DNA of 57,665 nucleotides, filler included, from Squalus acanthias (GCA_030390025.1; 4 parts of 4 records of this genome joined end to end with filler, not necessarily neighbours in it); one strand, 5' to 3'. Positions 11,601 through 24,014 are shown, numbered from the whole stretch's first letter. Notes: generated by a model not told the origin, from the letters alone. Numbers and translations are program-made.

Positions 11601-12587
11601 TTTCAAATAAAACTGTTGGACTATAACCTGGTGTTGTGCGACCTCTCAATTGAATTTATTCTCACATTGAACAGCTTCTCCCTTTGACTCCACTCACTTC
11701 CTCCAAATAAAAGGTGTTGTTATGGGAACCCTTATGGGTCCTAGCTATGCCTGCCTTTTCGTGGGATACCTGGAACATTCTTTGTTCCAGTCCTACTCCG
11801 GGCCCCTCCCTCACCTCTTTTTCCAGTATATTTATTGATGGTCTCGCACTGAACTGGAAAATTTGATTAACTTTGCTTCCAATTTCCATCCTTCCCGCGC
11901 CTTCACGTGGTCCATCTCCGACTCTTCCCTTCCCTTCCTCGACTTCTTTGTCTCCATTTCTGGGGATAGACTATCAACCAATATCCACTATAAGCCCACT
12001 GACTCCTACAGCTACCTTGACTACGCTTCCTCCCACCCCGCTTCTTGTAAGGACTCTCTTCCATTCTCCGTTTCTCTGTCTCTGTCGCATCTGTTCCGAC
12101 GATGCCAACTTCCATACCAGTGCTTCCGATATGTCTTCCTTTTACCTCAACCGAGGATTCCCATCTACCGTGGTTGACATGGCCCTTGACCATGTCCATT
12201 CCATTTCCCGCTTTCACCCCTTCCCCTCCCTCCCAGAACCACGGTAGGGTTCCCCTTGTCCTCACCTTTCACCCCACCAACCTCCACATTGACCGGATCA
12301 TCCTCCACCATTTCCGCTACCTCCAGCGTGATCCCACCACCAAACACATTTTACCCTCCCTTCCCCTTTCTGCATTCCGAAGGGACCGTTCCCTCCACGA
12401 CACCCTGGTCCACTCCCCTATCGCCCCAAACACCCACTCCCCTTCCCATGGCACCTTCCCATGCAAGCACAGGAGATGCAACACCTGCCCTTTTACCTCC
12501 TACCTTCCCACCGTCCAGGGCCCCAAACACTCCTTCCACGTGAAACAGCGATTTACTTGTATTTCTTTCAATTTCGTATACTAGATT

Positions 12588-14421
12588 CATAGACATAGAA
12601 GATAGGAGCAGGAGTAGGCCATTCGGCCCCTCGAGCCTGCTCCGCCATTCAATGCGATCATGGCTGATCATCCAAATTCAGTACCCTGTCCCTGCTTTCT
12701 CCCCATATCCCTTGACCCCTTAGCCTTAAGAAATATATCTAACTCCTTCTTGAATATATTTAATGAATTGGACTCAACTGTCTTCTGCGGTGGAGAATTC
12801 CACAGGTTCACCATTCTCTGGGTGAAGAAATTCCTCCTCATCTCAGTTCTAAATGGCTTACCCCTTATCCTTAGACTGCAACCCCTGGTTCTGGACTCCC
12901 CCGCCATCGGGAACATCCTTCCTGCATCTAGTCTGTCTAGTCCTGTTAGAATTTTATAAGTTTCAATGAGATCCCCTCTCATTCTTCTGAACTCTAGCGA
13001 ATACAAGCCCAATCGACCCAATCTCTCTCCATACGTCATTCCTGCCATCCCAGGTATCAGTCTAGTGAATCTTCGCTGCACTCCCTCCATGGCAAGAACA
13101 TCCTTCCTCAGATAAGGCGACCAAAACTGCACACAATACTCAAGGTGTGGTCTCACCAAGGCCCTGTACAACTGCAGGAAGACATCCTTGCTCCTGTACT
13201 TGAATCCTCTCGCTATGAAGGCCAACATACCATTTGCCTTCTTAACCGCCTGCTGCACCTGCATGCTTACCTTCAGCGATTGGTGCACAAGGACACCCAG
13301 GTCTCGTTGCACTTCCCCTTTTCCCAATCTATTGCCGTTCAGATAATCTGCCTTCCTGTTTTTGCCACCAAAGTGGATAACCTCGCATTTATCCACATTA
13401 TACTGCATCTGCCGTGCATCTGCCCAATCACCCAACCTGTCCAAATCACACTGGAGTTTCTCTGCATCCTCCTCACAGCACACACGCCCACCCAGCTTTG
13501 TGTCGTTTGCAAACGTGGAGATATTACATCTCGTTCCCTCGTCTAGATCATTAATATATATTGTGAATAACTGGGGTCCTAGCACCGATCCCTGTGGCAC
13601 CCCACTAGTCACTGCCTGCCACTCAGAAAAAGACCCGTTTATTCCAACTCTTTGCTTCCTGTCTGCCAACCAGTTCTCTATCCAAGTCAGTACCTTACCC
13701 CCAATCCCATGTGCTTTAACTTTGCACGCTATCTCTTATGCGGGACCTTATCGAAAGCCTTCTGAAAGTCCAAATACACCACATCCACTGGTTCTCCCTT
13801 ATCTATTCTACCAGTTACATCCTCAAAAAATTCCAGTAGATTAGTCCAGCATGATTTACCTTTTGTAAATCCATGTTGACTTTGTCCGATCCTGTCACTG
13901 TTTTCCAAGTGCTCTGCTATTACATCTTTTATAATGGACTCTAGCATTTTCCCCACTACCGCTTACCGGTCTATAATTCCCCGTTTTCTCTCTCCCACCT
14001 TTTTTTAAATAGTGGGGTTACATTAGCTACCCTCCAATCCATGGGAACTGTTCCAGAGTCTATAGAATTTTGGAAGATGACCAGCAATGCATCTACAATT
14101 TCTAGGGCCACTTCCTTAAGTACCCTAGGATGCAGATAATCAGGCCCTGGGGATTTATCGGCCTTCAATCCTGTCAATTTCCCGAACACCATTTCCCGAC
14201 AAATACTGATTTAATTCAGTTCCTCCCTCTCATTAGACCCTATGTTCCCCGACATCTCTGGGAGGTTATTTGTGTCCTCCTTTGTGAAGACAGAACCAAA
14301 GTATGTATTTAATTGGTCTGCCATTTCTTTGTTCCCCATTATAAATTCCCCTGATTCTGACTGCAAGGGACCTACTCTTGACTTCACCAATCTTTTTCTC
14401 TTCACATATCTATAGAAGCTT
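12588..14421 (-). mobile_element. 5'-truncated CR1 LINE inserted in the Penelope GIY-YIG region
   Basis: ORFs 14211-14405, 13971-14192, 13729-13956 and 12668-13669(-) closely resemble the CR1 at 8-2955; the Penelope reading resumes across it; no clear TSD. Confidence 0.95.
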
Positions 14422-15244
14422 CACTGCTTATGATGCGGTCTCTTCTACATTGGGGAGACCAAACGCAGATTGGGTGACACTTTGCGGAACACCTCCGTTC
14501 AGTCCTCAAGCATAACCCCGAACTTCTGGTCGCCTGTCATTTCAATTCTCCGGACCACTCCCACTCTGACCTCTCTGTCCTCGGCCTCCTACACTGTTCT
14601 AATGAAGCTCAACGTAAGCTCAAGGAACAGCACCGTCTCTTTCTATTAGGCACTTTACAGCCTTCCGGGCTCAACATTGAGTTCAACAATTTCAGATCAT
14701 AACCTCTGCCCCCATTTTTTTGGACAGCAGCTGTTGCTGGTGATTCTGATAGTCCCATTTACACCTCCTCTAGATCCATCTTATGTTTCTTTACTAGTCC
14801 CACTACCATCTTCTTTTACCGTGCACCATCATCCCTTTTGTCATTTAATCTCTTCTGCCTTCCACCCTATCACAGGCCTTCCATTTTCTTTCCTCCCCTC
14901 CCTCTCCCTGCCTCTGTACTTGCTGAAAACCTGTTGCATCTCTAACCTTTTCCAGTTCTGACGAAAGATGATCGACCGGAAATGTTAACTCTGTTTCTCT
15001 CTCCACAGATGCTGCCTGACCTGCTGAGTATTTTCAGCATTTTCTGTTTTTACTCCCCCTAACCTCCACTCTATGGAGAACAACCCCAGTTTCTCCAGTC
15101 TCTCCACAAAACTGAAGTTCCTGACCTCTGGTACCATTCTGGTAAATCTCTATTGCACCCTCTCCGAGGCCTGGACATCCGTCCTAAAGTGTGGTGCCCA
15201 GAATTGGTCACAATACTCCAGCTGGGGCCGAACCAGTGTTTTAT

Positions 15245-15471
15245 CCTCTCGCTCTCTCTCCCTCTCTATCACTTCTCTCCCTTCCCCCTCTCTATTTTCC
15301 CTCTCTCTCTTCCCCGCTCTCTCTCTCTATTCCCCGCTCTCTCTCTATTCCCCGCTCTCTCTCTCTCTCTCTATTCCCCGCTCTCTCTCTCTCTCTCTAT
15401 TCCCGCTCTCTCTCTCTCGACTCCCCGCTCTCTCTCTCTCGACTCCCCGCTCTCTCTCTCTATTCCCCGCT
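15245..15471. repeat. (CT)n-ATTCCCCG minisatellite running into the gap
   Basis: Repeated ctctctctattccccg units. Confidence 0.9.
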
Positions 15472-15571
15472 NNNNNNNNNNNNNNNNNNNNNNNNNNNNN
15501 NNNNNNNNNNNNNNNTTAATTAATTAANNNNNNNNNNNNNNNNNNNNNNNNNNNNNNNNNNNNNNNNNNNN
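15472..15571. other. Artificial contig linker N44-TTAATTAATTAA-N44
   Basis: Exactly 100 bp; the 12-mer gives stop codons in all six frames. Confidence 0.97.
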
Positions 15572-15700
15572 GAGAGAGACAGGTAGACAGAGAAAGATAG
15601 GGAGGGAGACAGATAGAGAGACAGGTAGGGAGAGAGACAGACAGAGAGCCAGACAGAGACAGATAAGGAGAGACAGAGACAGGTTGGGAGACAGACACAG
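15572..15700. repeat. GA/GACA-rich microsatellite
   Basis: Low-complexity gagagacag repeats. Confidence 0.85.
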
Positions 15701-17361
15701 AGATTCACAGGCAAGAACCAATCACACAACACCAAATTCAGTGGTTACAAAATCCCTGAGCACTGCCACACAGAGAATGCGGTAGCACTGTCCCTCCCAG
15801 GCAGCCCCTTGCAGCACCACCCCTCCCCTTGCAGCACCACCCCTCCCCTGCAGTCCCTGCAGTTTAGCTCCTCCCTCGCCTTTTTGCCTTCACTTCTTCC
15901 TCTCTCATTCCCTGCTCTTCCTTTTGTTTGTGCCTTTTGACCTTTTTATCTGGTCTTGTTTTTCTTTCCGTTCCCGCTGCTTGGGTTCTCGGTGAGGGAA
16001 ATGGATGAGACCTTTGAAGGTCCACGACAGCAGCAGACTAAAAGTAACTGGGCTCTCTGCAAAGCTTAGTGGGGAGGAAGCTTAACATTGCTGGAGAGTT
16101 CAATCACAGCGCTGGGACCTGCTTGAACACCTTGGTACGTACTGATTTAAATCAGCTTGGCAGACAAGTGGCTGACAAGGCCAATTAAGATACCAGAACT
16201 CCTATTTTAGCTTTTAATTAAATAATAAAATAAAAATCAGACCTTTCATATAGCTCGACAGCTTTATGATAGCAGAGGCACACGAGTGCAGTAATGATGA
16301 TATTATAAGGAAAGTGATGTTCCTTGGGATATCATGGATCAAAAAAAATTAGGCATTAAACATCACCTATCTCTTAAACTCCACACAAAGGCAGTGACTG
16401 GCATATTAATAGCAATTTGTTGAAATGGTACAACACTGGAAGTTTGCAGCTCATCGAACGTGATCATCTCAGCTTTGGGTCTGATCAGAATAAATGTTAC
16501 AATATTGAGTCAGTTATCTTAGAGCTGGAATTTTTATTCTGATATACTGTTTTGGAGTCTGCTGACACCCAAACTCAGGGTTTGGCACCGGCAGTGGAAT
16601 CTGTAGCTACTGGACACACACACACGTGAAAGTTGCTAACCTGTGTGTCCCCCTGAACAATACGAGACACTGTGGAGATGTGTGTCAACTCCTGCAGTTG
16701 ATCTCACAGAATTAGACTGCCGGCTAGTCTCAGTGTCCAGGAAATAGCAAATCCCACCGCAGCTCAAACCTTTCCGGCAGATTTTCTCCAGGTGCTAATC
16801 CAACTCTCACTTGAATTTGATGACACAATTGGTCCCACTGCCTCTCCTGACTGCCCATTCTGAGCGTTCACCACCCTCAGCGTAAAGAGCAGCTAAATCC
16901 AAACTGTCATTCCACCATCGCTGCATAAAGAGGTTTGGTCCACATTGTTGGGGGAGAAACTACACAGGCAGAAGGGGTGGACTCCACCACGTGCCGTTAC
17001 TGCTGCCTCCATATTGTCCTCTTCCAAGCACCTAAACCCCACTATCAAAAACACACTTCTATTACCAACATGCCCTTTCTCAGGCACACACTATCTGTCA
17101 TAGGAACAGGGGTAAGAAATGTGGCCCATCAAGCCTGCCATGTCATTCTTGTTAGCCATGGCAGCTCTCTTTTTAATGCCAATTCACTGACTTTTTGCAT
17201 TACCCCATAATCCCCAATTAAATATATACAGTAGTTCTCCATTAAACAGCCCAGCTGATTCTGTATCTGTGCTCCACTGGGGCCGTGTGCTCCCACAGAG
17301 GTCATGTGTCCCACTTTCTCTTAACCCTTTGGGTGAAGAACTTTTTTCTGGATTTACTATT

Positions 17362-18732
17362 AATGGGGAAAATGCTAGAGTCCATTATAAAGGATGTAAT
17401 AGCTGAGCACTTGAAAAACAGTGACAGGATCGGACAAAGTCAACATGGATTTACAAAAGGTAAATCGTGCTTGACTAATCTACTGGAATTTTTTGAGGAT
17501 GTAACTGGGAAAATAGATAAGGGAGAACCAGTAGATGTGGTGTATTTGGACTTTCAAAAGGCTTTCGATAAGGTCCCGCATAAGAGATTAGCGTGTAAAG
17601 TTAAGGCACATGGGATTGGGGGCAAGGTATTGACTTGGATAGAGAACTGGTTGGCGGACAGAAAGCAGAGAGTAGGAATTAATGGGTCTTTTTCCGAGTG
17701 GCAGGCAGTGACTAGTGGGGTACCGCAGGGATCGATCCTTGGACCCCAGCTATTCACAATATACATTAATGATCTAGATAAGGGAACTAAATGTAATATC
17801 TCCAAGTTTGCAGATGACACAAAGCTGGGTGGGCGTGTGTGCTGTGAGGAGGATACCGAGAAACTCCAGGATGATTTGGACAGGTTGGGTGAGTGGGCAG
17901 AAGCGTGGCAGATGCAATACAACGTGGATAAATGCGAGGTTATCCACTTTGGTGTCAAAAACAGAAAGGCAGACTATTATCTGAATGGAAATAGATTGGG
18001 AGAAGGGGAAGTGCAACGAGACCTGGGTGTCCTTGTGCACCAGTCGCTGAAGGTAAGCATGCAGGTGCAGCAGGCGGTGAAGAAGGCAAATGGTATGTTG
18101 GCCTTGATAGCGAAAGGGTTTGATTATAGGAACAGGGATGTCTTGCTGCAGTTGTACAGGGCCTTGGTGAGACCACGCCTTGAGTACTGTGTGCAGTTTT
18201 GGTCGCCTTATCTGAGGAAGGATGTTCTTGCCATGGAAGGAGTTCAGCGAAGATTCACAAGGCTGATACCTGGGATGGCAGGAATGACATATGAGGAGAG
18301 ATTGGGTCGATTGGGCTTATACTCGCTGGAGTATAGAAGAATGAGAGGGGATCTCATCGAAACATATAAAATTCTGACAGGTCTGGACAAACTAGATGCA
18401 GGAAGAATGTTCCCGATGGTCGGAGAGTCCTGAACCAGGGGTCATAATCTAAGGATAAGGGGTACGCCATTTAGGACAGAAATGAGGAAGAATTTCTTCA
18501 CCCAGAGAGTGGTGAACCTGTGGAATTCTCTACCACAGAATTTAGTTGAGGCCAAGTCATATTCAAGAATGAGTTAGATATATTTCATAAAGCTAAAGGT
18601 ATCAAGGGATATGGGGAGAAGGCAGGTACAGGGTACTGAGTTTGGATGATCAGCCATGATCTCATCGAATGGCGGAGCAGGCTCGAGGGGCTGAATGGCC
18701 TACTCCTGCTCCTATCTTCTATGTTTCTATGT
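17362..18732 (+). mobile_element. 5'-truncated young CR1 LINE with an open RT domain
   Basis: ORF 17285-18433 is open through the RT (YLDFQKAFDKV, GVPQGS, FADD); near-identical to ~1580-2955; same tctatgtttctatgt tail. Confidence 0.96.
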
Positions 18733-19479
18733 AATCAACTTAGCTTGAATTCTAAGCATGTCCTTGTGCTGGATTCCCCATTACAGGGAACAGATGTCCC
18801 TTATTCCATTCATTATTTTAAACACCTCATTCAGATAACCCAACATCCTCATCTCAAGGGAATCCCAGGTACCATCCTAATTGTCCTGTCCTAAATTAGT
18901 TACAATTGGTACTGCAAAATGAAACTCACATCTTAAGAAAACATGTGAAACGCTTAAACTCACATCTTTGGGTACAAATTAAGATCGTGAGAACCCATTC
19001 AACTCGCAATCTAAACAGTCAGAAACAATGACTTTCATTTTCTTGGTAAAAGATAAAATAAAACTTAAGCTCCCAGACTGGAAAAAAACTTCACAAAGTG
19101 CTCGAATAGCTATATCATAAACTACAATGTCCTTTCATCTCATTCTGTCCCCAAGAATGCGACTTGTCCCAACACAGCCTTCTGACTAAAGGGCTCATAC
19201 TAAATATCGCTCGATGGTCAAAGTCAACACAGCCGTGATCAGCCAATAAACACAGCTGAAGCATAGAAAGTTGAACAGTATCACTTTCTCCACACTGAGA
19301 CAGATCATCGTGACTGAACACTAAAGCAAACATTTGGACGAAGTGTCCTTCACTCATTCTAAGCCAGAGTAACGGAGCATGGCAGCTCCATCTAGTGGCT
19401 TTATTTAGAACTGATATCAAACTCATTGGACTGAAGCGTCTCTTTAATTGATAGGTGTATATATAAGGTTAAAGTCGAT

Positions 19480-19590
19480 AAATATCTGAAATAAAAACAG
19501 AATATTCTGGACAGAACAGCAGGTCCATCTACATCTGAAGCGATAAAGACAGTTTAACATTGAAGGACAGACCCCAGGTCAGAAAGGTCC
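19480..19590 (-). mobile_element. Decayed Penelope pLTR relic
   Basis: atctgaaataaaaacagaatattctgga...cagcaggtc resembles the reverse complement of 14990-15050. Confidence 0.5.
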
Positions 19591-19837
19591 ACCATCTTGT
19601 TAGAAACCCAGCACTGAACCATTTAAACTGAGTTACCTCTCAAACCACATTTTTAATAAGCAGGCAAGTATTTCTTTTAGGTTCATGGTCAATCCATTTA
19701 CTTACAAATGTGTCAGTAATCACTCCTACATCCAATGTAGAAAGGTAACTGTTCCATTTCTCACAGAGAGTTACTAGATTAGTTTATCGCCAGTCACTGT
19801 AACTAGCAACGTTTAAAAAAAAAACACATTGAGTTCA

Positions 19838-20020
<183 letters not shown>

Positions 20021-20459
20021 CTAGAAAAAAAAAAGAAAAGTTTTTCAAATAAAAGTTGTGTTACAGCTTTAGATACATCATGAGGAACACCAGGGTATCA
20101 AGTTCAACAGGAGTGAGGAAGATCTCAAATTACAAATGACCAAGTCACAAATTATAAAGTCTGTCTCATGTGGAATTAACTTGTTCTGTATATTCTCTGA
20201 ATACCAATTTCATATTAACAAATATTGAAAGCTATTCTCAGCATTAAGAGCCACTACCCAGAAACACAGGCTGGTAGCTTTATCTGGCCCTTTTTAAAGT
20301 TTGTACGCACCATTCGGCTCTGCTGTGGGCCTCTGACAAACAATACGTTCAAGAAACAGTAATTACAATAAAAGACAACCCCACCCTGACAAGCTGTGGA
20401 CATGTAGATGAAGAGCTACAATTATTTGAGCAAACTCTGAAAATTCTAATAATACACAT

Positions 20460-20635
20460 GACAAAAGAAAGAACTTGCATTTATATAGCGCCGTTCACGA
20501 CCTCAGGACGTCTCAAAGTGCTTTACAGCCAATGAATTATTTTTGAAGTGAAGTAATGAGATTATGACCAGGTAACCTGCCTATTAGTGATGTTGGCTGA
20601 GGGAGAAATATTGGCTCAGGACACTGGGAGACTCG
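20460..20635 (-). mobile_element. DeuSINE (SacSINE1-like) 3' fragment
   Basis: Reverse complement of the tail of the SINE at 54893-55336. Confidence 0.7.
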
Positions 20636-20655
20636 AACTATCTTGGCACCACATA

Positions 20656-20828
20656 CCAGTATCTGAAGACTGTTCACAGGGCAGTCTAAAGTGCGAAGCA
20701 CTGAAAATGAAAGTGCTTACTTTACCAGGACTTTGCTTAAAATTGCCAGTAATTCAGGCACAATGTTCGAGCTGGAGTCCCCGAAACCTTGCTCCCTATC
20801 TAAACTAAAGCATTGCTGCAGAATCCAC
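20656..20828 (-). other. Candidate PCGF3 5' UTR exon(s)
   Basis: Minus-strand acceptor tgttgccag| at 20829; donors gtaagc (20720) and gtatgt (20655); non-repetitive sequence upstream of the coding exon. Confidence 0.3.
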
Positions 20829-21329
20829 CTGGCAACAGCACAACAATCATTAAATGTCACAGCCTCAGGAGAAATAGAGTGCATAGTAACTGTCTATTAT
20901 AACTTAATGCTCCACCTAAACCTATCTTGTTGCTTGTGTGACTGTGTGAAGGGGCAGATCAGCTGAGCTGGCCTGGAATGCCAGTTTTGAGGAAGGAAAC
21001 CTGGCATGAGATAACAAAAGACTTGCATTTATATGGTAGCGTTCATTTCCAACACCAGATTTCTGATTGGTCACCTTGGAGGACAAGACACACCCAGCAG
21101 TTTCTCTGGAATGTGTAATTAGATCCTGCCTGCCGAAGTAATAAATTACTTTGCAAAGTGTAATTCGAGCCATTCTGACTGCCAGGCTCCAGACAGAACA
21201 GAGCTCACATAGAACCCTCACGGGTTAAAACCTTCTCCCACCCCCCAAAAAAGTTCCTGCCCCAACAAGCTCCTAATCTCCCTCCCACCTACCCTCACCC
21301 CAAGTTTCTGACCTTTTCCCTCCCCAACA

Positions 21330-22310
21330 ATGGTTATGCGAATGAAATTGTGACGTGAATAATACTGTGTTTAGCTGATTGTATTAGAGCTCGAGACAAA
21401 AGTGTCTCTTCAGTCTAGTATTAGAATAGCTGGATAGATGCTTAGAATTTGCTTGTGTTTTTGGTTCCCTGCGGATGTTATATGACCTTGCTTCCTAGGC
21501 TAGCTGTCTGTTGTGTGTGTGCTAGGAAGGTTGTTGACTGTATCTTTGATTTGGCCAACCAAGGCCCAACGCCTACATTTCTTCGATTACTGCTAATAAC
21601 CATATTATAATGCTAAGTTAGGATTTTGACTTTGTTTAACAAAGCTGCTTTAAAATGCGAAAGTTAACCAGTATGTGAGAATAGAGGATATCTTTGGGAA
21701 TTTAATGATTTATTCCATGGTACAATAGTCTGGTAATGGAATGAAATACTTCGTTTTGCACAGCTAAAGCTACATGAACAGCGTGAACATAAACAACTGA
21801 TAACAAGCAGCTACGAACATCTGAAGGACAAGAATGGCATGTCTGACTCCAAACTTGGGAGGATAAAGACGGGAGAGATAAAGAGGAATTCAGATGTATG
21901 GGCCTTCAGAATGTATAAACAGGAAAGGCATGTGAGAAAAGCATGAGAGCCCATAGGGGAGGGGTTTCATCTGAAAGTTAAGACAAAGAACTCGACATAC
22001 CATTGGGCACCTTGGTTTAAGAGGAACCCTTACAGGTTAAATGGTCTCGTCAATATTCCATCCCAGGCCCACCCCTAAAAAAGGGTATAAGAGAAAGACC
22101 TGAAAAGCCCTTAGCGCAGACGGTGAAGTGGAGAGCTTCCAAGAGTGCTCAATGGTCTACCACTCTTCCAAGGGTGGACCCATGCTGACCCGAGTTTAAC
22201 ACTCTTGGCGGTTCCAGAAGAGAGGAAGAGGGAGGGAAAGGCCGTAAGCCGAAGAACTGTTCGTGCACACCAGCCGTCTGTCCGATCAGGACCGGTACCA
22301 GCTGCTTGTC
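21330..22310 (+). mobile_element. Possible LTR (U3-R part) truncated by a CR1 insertion
   Basis: About 1 kb of non-coding, non-LINE sequence with a TATA-like gggtataagag at ~22083 followed by a more CpG-rich R-like segment; termini not confirmed. Confidence 0.35.
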
Positions 22311-23362
22311 ACGGAGTGCAGCTGGAACAGAGTGAGCAGCTGGAACAGAGTGAACAACTTGGGAGTTTGTTAAGTGTGGGAGTTCGGTGAAGTGGGGGCA
22401 GGAGGTGCTTGCTTTTCCTAACTTCTCCCGCAGAGCGGCGGCAGACCTGAGTGGGAGCAGACCGAGGCCCGAGAGCGGGGATAAAAGCAGCAGCAGACCT
22501 GCAACTACAAGAGAAACCGACAGTGTGACGTCAAGGTAAGGCAGGTAAGTGACTGGTAGTGACTGTGGGCTAAGTTTAAAGTTAACATATAACTAAATTT
22601 TAAAAACTAAACTTAATTTAATAAACTAAACGAGGTAAATAATTTGATTAACACTAAACTAATTAATTAAATAAATAAAATAATGGGAGAACAGGAGATG
22701 TGTTGCTGCTTCAATATGTGGGAGCTTGTGGACATTTTTGTCTTACATCTGCGGCTCGAGGAACTTCTGCTCGGAGTTGAGGAATTGGAGTCCAAACTAC
22801 AGACATTGCGAGACATCAGGGAGGGAGAAAGTTACCTGGACCTTTTGCACCAGGAGGCAGCCACACCCCTTAGATTAAATACTTTAGAATTGACACGTGG
22901 TCAGGGACAGGAGGGTGTGACTGCGAGTGAGGCAGGTACGGGGATCCAGGAGATAGTATTGCAGGAGCCTCAGTCCCTGCACTTGTCCAATAGATTCGAG
23001 GTTCTTGCAACCCTTGTGGACAAGTGCAGGGACTGCGAAGAGGACGAGCAAACTGACCACGGCACCGTGGTACAGGAAGCCGTTCAAGTGGGGGGGGGGG
23101 GGGGGGGGGGGGAGTAAAAAGGAAGGTGGTTGTAGTAGGCGACAGTATAGTTAGGGGGATAGACACTGTTCTCTGCAGCCAGAAGATTGAGTCCCGAAGG
23201 CTATGTTGCCTACCCAGTGCCAGGGTAAAGGAGATCCCCTCCGGGCTGGAGAAGAACTTGGAGTGGGAGGGGGAGAATCCAGTTGTCATGGTCCACTTAG
23301 GTACCAACGACATAGGTAGGACAAAGAAAGAGGTTCTGCTGAGAGAGTTTGAGCAGCTAGGG
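22310..23362 (+). mobile_element. CR1 LINE 5' UTR + ORF1 (leucine zipper + SGNH esterase domain), cut by the gap
   Basis: ORF 22683-23117 (LEELLLGVEELESKL, LSNRFEVL) and ORF from 23126 (VVVGDSIVRG, LPSARV, HLGTNDI). Confidence 0.9.
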
Positions 23363-23462
23363 NNNNNNNNNNNNNNNNNNNNNNNNNNNNNNNNNNNNNN
23401 NNNNNNTTAATTAATTAANNNNNNNNNNNNNNNNNNNNNNNNNNNNNNNNNNNNNNNNNNNN
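23363..23462. other. Artificial contig linker
   Basis: N44-TTAATTAATTAA-N44. Confidence 0.97.
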
Positions 23463-23556
23463 ATAGTTAGATATATAGATAGATAGATAAATAGATAGAC
23501 AGACAGACAGACAGAGAGACAGACTGACAGACAGACAGACAGACAGATAGACAGAA
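23463..23556. repeat. (GATA)n/(GACA)n microsatellite
   Basis: Direct inspection. Confidence 0.9.
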
Positions 23557-23651
23557 AGAACCCAGAAAGGGGATATATTCTGAAATAAATAAGAACACAT
23601 GCTTGTGTAGATGGATAGATGGCTTCAGAAATGCAGGACTGATAATAGATA

Positions 23652-23947
23652 AAAATGAGAAGTCGCACAACACCAGGTTATAGTCCAACAGATTTATTTA
23701 ATTTTACAAGCTTTCGGAGCAGTTCGCTCCTTCGTCAGGTAAGTTTAGCAGTGAGAGAATCTCCCAGAATTCACAATTTAAACACAGACAAAATATATTC
23801 AAATCTTTCCTACATCAAAGAGCACAGCCAAGACAATGAGATGTGTCCCAGGGGGTCCAACGTGTCAAACCACCTGCTGGCTGCATATCCTGTCAATCTG
23901 TGTAGGTTCTTGTGTTAGCCTTTTTTTAAAAAAAAATCTCCACATCA
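23652..23947. mobile_element. Penelope pLTR insertion related to 10307-11650, with 12-bp TSD
   Basis: gtcgcacaacaccaggttatagtccaacag is shared with 10353-10382; ends in the tail remnant atctccacatca; TSD tgataatagata at 23640-23651 and 23948-23959. Confidence 0.85.
23704..23742 (-). ncRNA. Minimal hammerhead ribozyme
   Basis: Minus strand ttac-CTGACGA-A-GGAGC(gaact)GCTCC-GAAA-GC-TT-gtaa. Confidence 0.8.
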
Positions 23948-24014
23948 TGATAATAGATAGTTAGATGTCTGAATGTTGTTTTATTAATTGACCGATGAGA
24001 CAAGTTCTCGTGTA

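Larger units (their letters stand above)
10307..11650. mobile_element. Second Penelope family: fold-back (palindromic) insertion with 12-bp TSD
   Basis: Inverted repeat 10344-11651 centred at 10997/10998 (gttcat|atgaac); identical 102-aa ORFs on both strands carrying a GIY-YIG C-terminus (HFSSQGH...EQKLIAKF...GLNRD); TSD tgaatttattct at 10295-10306 and 11651-11662. Confidence 0.92.
9930..15052 (+). mobile_element. Penelope-like element (RT + GIY-YIG endonuclease), decayed and interrupted twice
   Basis: [34 protein letters not shown]|TLNSF, MGT.MGPSYACLF, LPFLD, CNTC zinc knuckle, YIGET, GLN motifs; pLTR with a degraded hammerhead at 14954-14990. Confidence 0.92.
9650..15245 (-). mobile_element. 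Old CR1 3' fragment (pieces ~9650-9930 and ~15053-15245), host of the Penelope insertion
   Basis: Reverse-strand CR1 3' sequence on both sides of the Penelope; a similar ctcccc(c/t)aacctc junction at both ends. Confidence 0.65.

Noticed and set aside
172-14312. Antisense and alternate-frame ORFs overlapping the CR1 copies
   Set aside because: Shadow ORFs of LINE ORF2 that recur only because the copies are similar.
15516-15527. TTAATTAATTAA as a biological motif or piggyBac target site
   Set aside because: Embedded in N runs and repeated identically at each gap; an assembly linker.
16893-17087. CLEEDN as PCGF3 exon 2
   Set aside because: Only a short resemblance to YLEENN; the CRSC and CPTC motifs are absent.
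23089-23112. Long G run in CR1 ORF1 as a programmed frameshift
   Set aside because: Homopolymer expansion or sequencing error in a decayed copy is the simpler explanation.
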